Source: Patescibacteria group bacterium (GTDB lineage: Bacteria; Patescibacteriota; Patescibacteriia; JAXHNJ01). From it: a stretch of DNA of 64,000 bases. The notes below the pieces were generated by a model. The model saw nothing but the letters and a program-made list of their open reading frames with translations, was not told the origin of the DNA and searched no databases. The first letter of the stretch is position 1. Every line of letters begins with the position of its first letter. Shown here piece by piece: positions 59,211-64,000 of the stretch. The position numbers were made by a program, and so were the translations under genes. The DNA lies in contig JAXHNJ010000002.1 in assembly GCA_034520665.1 (NCBI GenBank), positions 352,660 to 416,659 of the forward strand. The letters are read 5' to 3'.

Positions 59211-59570
59211 ATGAAAAAAATATCTCTAATCTTAGCTCTATTTCTACTAATTTTGCCAACGACTGCTTCAGCTGTTGTGACCAGTTATAGTATTGAAGAC
59301 TTTGGTAGTTCTGTTGGATTAGGCACAGCTGATCTTGTAGACACCGCCATTAACGTTATCCAATGGGTCCTTGGTATTTTAGCTTTAGTAGCTGTAGTTA
59401 TGATTATTTATGGTGGCATTCTTTGGATGACGGCTGCTGGTAATGAAGAAAAGATTGGAAAAGCCAAGAAAGTTATTTCGGCCGCTGTTATTGGTTTAAT
59501 TATTGTCTTGATGGCTTGGGCTATTGTCATCTTTGTGGCCGGTACTACTGCTAATGTAGTTTCTGAATAA
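59211..59570 (+). CDS. VirB2/TrbC-like pilin
   Basis: Signal peptide; IYGG..WMTAAGNEEKI.KAKK.I..A.IG. Confidence 0.87.
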   Translation: MKKISLILALFLLILPTTASAVVTSYSIEDFGSSVGLGTADLVDTAINVIQWVLGILALVAVVMIIYGGILWMTAAGNEEKIGKAKKVISAAVIGLIIVLMAWAIVIFVAGTTANVVSE

Positions 59571-59617
59571 TATCTGTATAATAATTATTAAAATATTTTT
59601 AGAAAGGAGGTGAAATA

Positions 59618-59974
59618 ATGAAAAAATTAGCTCTAATTACTTCTTCTGTTTTGTTACTAGCTCTTCCAGTTACTGCTTTAGCTCAAACCTCATACTCCAT
59701 TGGAGATATTGGTGGTGAAGTCGGTTTAGGCACAGCTGATCTTAGAGATACAGTAGTTAATATTATTCAATGGGTGCTTGGTATTTTAGCTTTAGTAGCT
59801 GTAGTTATGATTATTATCGGTGGCTTTCAATGGATGACCGCTGCTGGTAATGAAGAAAGGATTGAAAAAGCTAAGAAAGTTATCTCAGCCGCTGTTATTG
59901 GTTTAATTATTGTCTTGCTGGCCTGGGCTATCGTTATCTTTGTGGCTGGTACTACTTCTAACGTTACTCAATAA
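59618..59974 (+). CDS. VirB2/TrbC-like pilin (close paralog of the preceding gene)
   Basis: Same motif; strong AAGGAGGTGA SD. Confidence 0.87.
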   Translation: MKKLALITSSVLLLALPVTALAQTSYSIGDIGGEVGLGTADLRDTVVNIIQWVLGILALVAVVMIIIGGFQWMTAAGNEERIEKAKKVISAAVIGLIIVLLAWAIVIFVAGTTSNVTQ

Positions 59975-59996
59975 ATTATTTTTATTTGAAATATAC

Positions 59997-60029
59997 AAAC
60001 ATTCCCGCTTTCAAAAGGCGGGATGTTTG
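59997..60029 (+). terminator. Intrinsic terminator after the pilins
   Basis: AAACATTCCCGC...GCGGGATGTTT hairpin. Confidence 0.7.
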
Positions 60030-60096
60030 TTATCATTAAAAAATTAGGATAAAATAAAGGAAGAGCTTACTCTTAATAAAAATATTGCTTTATCCA

Positions 60097-62106
60097 ATGA
60101 ATAAAGAAGAAAAAATTAATAATTATTTAAATTATTTAAACGACTATTTACAAAGAAACAGTAAAAAAATTTTAATAGTTATAATTTTAATATACGTTAT
60201 TATATTTTCTGTTTTATGTTTATACAAATATCTTACCTATAACTATATTGGTATAGATTTGGCTATTTTTAACCAGGTTTTTTATAATTCTAGCCTCGGT
60301 GACTTTTTTGAACTAACTATTCATCCCCATCTTTATCTAGGTGATCACTTCGCTTTAATCATCCCCTTGTTAATACCTTTTTATTTTTTACTTAGAAGTC
60401 CAGTCACTTTATTAATTATGCAAACACTTTTTTTGGCTTTAGGAGCTTGGCCACTATATTTAATCGCCCGGCAGAAATTAAGCAAAAATTTATCTCTTTT
60501 TATAAGCTTTTTTTACCTAAGCCATTTGTTTGTTCATAATATAAATACTTATGAATTTCATATTCTTTCTTTGGCTATACCCTTATTATTTTTCTTATTT
60601 TATTTTTATAAAAAAGGAAACTTTGCTCTTTACACACTTTTTCTGGTTCTCTGTCTGAGTATCAGGGAAGATCTGGCTTTAGTTATCTTTATGTTTGGCT
60701 TATTAGCCCTTATCGATAGAAAAAAATGGCACTGGAGTCTCTTACCTATAATTTTAAGTATCGGCTGGTTTATTTTTGCCATGAAAATGACTGGGGAAAT
60801 ATCTGGTTACGGGCAATATAAATTTGTTCGTTATTATGGCTGGTTAGGTGATGACATTAAATCAATTATTTTAGGCGCTATTAATCATCCCTGGGTTGTT
60901 ATAAAACATATTTTTTCCTTTAGTAATATTTCATTTTTAGTCGGACTATTTCTTCCTTTCCTTTTTTTACCGTTATTAAAGCCAAAATATATTTTGCCCA
61001 GCACTTTAATAATTTTACAAATACTCTTTTTAACAGCCGCTGGGCCACTAGCTCTGGAAATTCATTATGTAGCCCTTATTATCCCTTTTTTATTTATTAG
61101 CCTAGTTTATTCTATAAAAAAAATATATAAAAAAGACTCAAAATACAAAATAACAAGGATATTGAATAGAAATAAAGAAATAATTATTGTTATTCTAATC
61201 TTAGCCAGTCTTTATTCTAGTTTAGTTATGGGACCATTATTTTATCTTAGTCAAGATACTCTTAATTACGCCGAGGCAAAAAAAGATATTAATATTAGAA
61301 AATATTTTACCAGTCAAATTCCCGAAAAGTCAGCCGTAGCTACTGGTTTTCATTTCTTACCCCAATTATCTTCCCGTAAAAAAATATATTCTCTTCATTA
61401 TCAATATTTAGGCAAAAAGCAATACTCTAATATTGATTACTCCATTCCATCCGATGTAGAATATCTTCTTTTTGACATGAATGATTTTTTGTATTATCAA
61501 TTCCTTTATCAGGAAAATGATGAAAATAATATTCCCGGAGCTAGCCGTATTCGTAAACTTATAAAAGAAAATGATTTTCATCTTACAAATTATATTGACA
61601 AATACTTCTTATATACAAAAAAGGGTAAAAGCGTGCCTTTACTTTACGAAAAAGAGGTGGATTTACCAAATCAAATTAATTCTATCAATAAAAAATTTGA
61701 AGCTATAGAATTAAAGGGCTATACTACTGAGAAAATAAAAAAATATTCAATAAAAGATTATAACTATGAAATATTGCCCTTAACTTTATACTGGCAATGC
61801 CTTAATGAAATAGAATTTGATTATCAAATTAAGATTCACTTTACCGGTGAAAACTCTTCCTTTGAAGAAAGTTATCCTTTATCGGCTCTTTACCCCACCC
61901 ATGATTGGAAAAAAAATGAAATAATTAAAGTAAATTATCAGATTCTTATGCCTGAAGCATTCAAAAATATTAAATACCAAATAGGTTTATCTGTTTATCA
62001 TGCTCAAGGCAACATGGGTTTAAATAAAAGTAAGATTTTTCGCCCTCAAATCAGCCAAATAGACAAATTTGGGAGGATTAATCTTTTAGGGGTAAATCAA
62101 AATTAG
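60097..62106 (+). CDS. DUF2079-family GT-C-like membrane protein
   Basis: DLAIFNQ, LGDHF, P..LL..Q, EFH, RED, HY; soluble C-terminal domain. Confidence 0.83.
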   Translation: MNKEEKINNYLNYLNDYLQRNSKKILIVIILIYVIIFSVLCLYKYLTYNYIGIDLAIFNQVFYNSSLGDFFELTIHPHLYLGDHFALIIPLLIPFYFLLRSPVTLLIMQTLFLALGAWPLYLIARQKLSKNLSLFISFFYLSHLFVHNINTYEFHILSLAIPLLFFLFYFYKKGNFALYTLFLVLCLSIREDLALVIFMFGLLALIDRKKWHWSLLPIILSIGWFIFAMKMTGEISGYGQYKFVRYYGWLGDDIKSIILGAINHPWVVIKHIFSFSNISFLVGLFLPFLFLPLLKPKYILPSTLIILQILFLTAAGPLALEIHYVALIIPFLFISLVYSIKKIYKKDSKYKITRILNRNKEIIIVILILASLYSSLVMGPLFYLSQDTLNYAEAKKDINIRKYFTSQIPEKSAVATGFHFLPQLSSRKKIYSLHYQYLGKKQYSNIDYSIPSDVEYLLFDMNDFLYYQFLYQENDENNIPGASRIRKLIKENDFHLTNYIDKYFLYTKKGKSVPLLYEKEVDLPNQINSINKKFEAIELKGYTTEKIKKYSIKDYNYEILPLTLYWQCLNEIEFDYQIKIHFTGENSSFEESYPLSALYPTHDWKKNEIIKVNYQILMPEAFKNIKYQIGLSVYHAQGNMGLNKSKIFRPQISQIDKFGRINLLGVNQN

Positions 62107-63739
62107 GCTTAAATATCTTTACTTCACCTTTTGTAAAAACTAATTTAAATAATTCACTCTGGTCTGGATTATATTTTCCATGCCTTTTTTCAAATGGGCT
62201 AAAAAAGATATAATTTATATTTATCTCTTTAATAAACTCTCGGCGCCAGTCATCACTAGTATTTTCTTGCCAAAACTTTTGCATTTTTTCTCTCTTAGCC
62301 CAAAAATTTATTGTTTCCACCCAATGACTTAAATAAGTTTTTTTCAAAGCAAATCCTGATATAAAGTGAGAAGGAACATGATCTCCGAAAATTACATCCT
62401 GGTCGGACATTTTTTCTTTTAGCCAATTAAAAGTATTTTTATATTCCTTATCTAAATACATATATTCAGGAGGCTCTTTAAATTGAGGATCAGAATAAAA
62501 ATAAAAATCTTCTGCCAAGACATATAAATTAGAAAAACCAAAAAACAATATTGATAGCATTAATACTACCGGAGCGTAAAATATTTTTGAGAGATTAAAT
62601 TTTTTATTTAAATAATGATATAAGCTAACAAGACCCACAAAAGCCATTAGACTCAAGGGTATTTGTAATCCCTGAGTAAGACGTCTTTGAAAACCTAAAG
62701 GAGCAAAAATCAGAGCTGACTGCACGATTAACCAGGTTATTAAAAATACAAACTTTTCATTTTTTATTTTTTTGATAACTCCCCACAAAGCAAAAGGGGT
62801 TAAAAACCCATAACTAATTATTACTACCCAAAAATATGGCGTTAGACAAACATTGCTACTGGCCCGGTCAATAGCCACAGGATTATAAATCAAAATCATA
62901 AAGTGATAAAGAACCGGCGGTATAATTAAAAACAGATAGACCAAATATTTTTTAATATAATCCCATTTAATCTGCCAATCTCTAAATGATTTAACAAAAA
63001 TATAGATTAATAAAACAGCTAAGATAGTTGGCAAATGAAAAGGATGAAAAAACATCAAAGAATTTGCCAGAAATCCAGCCACCAGTAAATAAATCCATTT
63101 ATTTTTAATAAAAGAATAATAAGCCAAAAATAAAGTGCTGATAATAAGAATAGTGGCCATAATAAAATGGGGGCTATGGTAAAGGGTTAAAAAATTATAG
63201 CCTTCGGACACCCATAAATCCATCGGATAATTTTTTAATGTAATTTGATTATTAAATAAATTTCTAATTAAAGGCATGAAATATCCGCCTAATCCCGAAG
63301 CCATTATAGAGAAAATAAAGCCGTATTTTCTTGATTTTACTTTTTTAAAAAAATAACTGATAAAAAAGTACAAAACAAAAACAAATAAAAATATGAGTAA
63401 AATTCTAGAAATCTGATAAGCGGCTATACTGGATAAATTAAATACACGAGCCAAAAAGCCAATAATCAGCCAAAAGGGATTAAAAATAAAAGGTGAGTGG
63501 CTTTCCGAAGTAAAAAGATCCTGAAAAATTAAGTGACCTTCTTTAGCCTGTCCAATATAAGAGTAGTAAACACTAAAATCCCCGGCCGCCATCGAATGTA
63601 TGCCCGGAAAAAATTTATCGGCTGGCTTTATTAAATAGCCGTAGATTAAGGAACTACTAGTTATAATCACTAAAATAAAACCAACCATTAAAACAAATTT
63701 ACATTCTTTTTTTGATATATACTTGAATAAATTTTTCAT
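62078..63739 (-). CDS. Multi-TM GT-C-like membrane protein
   Basis: D..VY.SYI.Q, FTSE.H, DLW..E......PHF, HP; soluble C-terminal domain. Confidence 0.7.
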   Translation of the reverse strand: MKNLFKYISKKECKFVLMVGFILVIITSSSLIYGYLIKPADKFFPGIHSMAAGDFSVYYSYIGQAKEGHLIFQDLFTSESHSPFIFNPFWLIIGFLARVFNLSSIAAYQISRILLIFLFVFVLYFFISYFFKKVKSRKYGFIFSIMASGLGGYFMPLIRNLFNNQITLKNYPMDLWVSEGYNFLTLYHSPHFIMATILIISTLFLAYYSFIKNKWIYLLVAGFLANSLMFFHPFHLPTILAVLLIYIFVKSFRDWQIKWDYIKKYLVYLFLIIPPVLYHFMILIYNPVAIDRASSNVCLTPYFWVVIISYGFLTPFALWGVIKKIKNEKFVFLITWLIVQSALIFAPLGFQRRLTQGLQIPLSLMAFVGLVSLYHYLNKKFNLSKIFYAPVVLMLSILFFGFSNLYVLAEDFYFYSDPQFKEPPEYMYLDKEYKNTFNWLKEKMSDQDVIFGDHVPSHFISGFALKKTYLSHWVETINFWAKREKMQKFWQENTSDDWRREFIKEININYIFFSPFEKRHGKYNPDQSELFKLVFTKGEVKIFKPNFDLPLKD

Positions 63740-63813
63740 AAGTTAAGTATAATAAAATTAACAATAAAAAAGCAATTATAGAAATTCCATTAGACTAAAA
63801 AAGAATTAAATTA

Positions 63814-64000
63814 TTATTTCTTTTTTAATTTACTGTTTTTTTTAAAAAAATATTTGTCTTCAATTAAATAAGCTGATAAAAATATCATTGATAAATAAGA
63901 AATATAATTAGTATTTAAATATCTTGAAAAAAATAAAAAGACAAAAACAAAAACTCCATAATTAAAAACAAGTTGCTTTAAATTATTATTAATTTTTTGT
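63814..64000 (-). CDS. C-terminal end of a membrane protein entering from outside the window
   Basis: Open frame ...NYGVFVFVFLFFSRYLNTNYISYLSMIFLSAYLIEDKYFFKKNSKLKKK* ending at 63814. Confidence 0.6.
   Translation of the reverse strand, partial: QKINNNLKQLVFNYGVFVFVFLFFSRYLNTNYISYLSMIFLSAYLIEDKYFFKKNSKLKKK

Overview
AT-rich bacterial chromosome segment in genetic code 11, most likely from a Patescibacteria/CPR (Parcubacteria-like) organism. This is an inference from the tandem VirB2/TrbC-like pilins, the 23S-5S unit without 16S, group I introns in the 23S, GT-C glycosyltransferase clusters and a truncated GlmU. Housekeeping genes (uvrB, polA, holA, rpsT, a pseudouridine synthase, prs, purF, pfk, alr, galU) are mixed with surface and glycan genes. 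RNA genes are a 23S rRNA carrying two LAGLIDADG-encoding group I introns, 5S rRNA, tRNA-Leu(TAG) and tRNA-Ser(CGA); tRNA relics and REP-like palindromes are also present. Most interesting signal (1-4371): two secreted glycan-active proteins both end in an orphan 'D-x-x-x-P-x-x-I-x-D-L-x-A-T-stop' tail. That tail is the first strand of a 'WTAPGDDG' FN3 repeat, and the next gene encodes a membrane-anchored FN3 of this type that lacks the strand, suggesting a donor-strand docking (scaffold) system. Other leads: a NikR-like RHH fused to a nucleotidyltransferase with a GTATGA operator over its own -10; a sigma70 homolog with a natural Q437H-type change; a four-helix-bundle gene bracketed by inverted repeats; and two contrasting gene-expression architectures (leaderless versus SD plus boxA-like leaders). 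All calls were made by eye from sequence motifs; no database searches were run.
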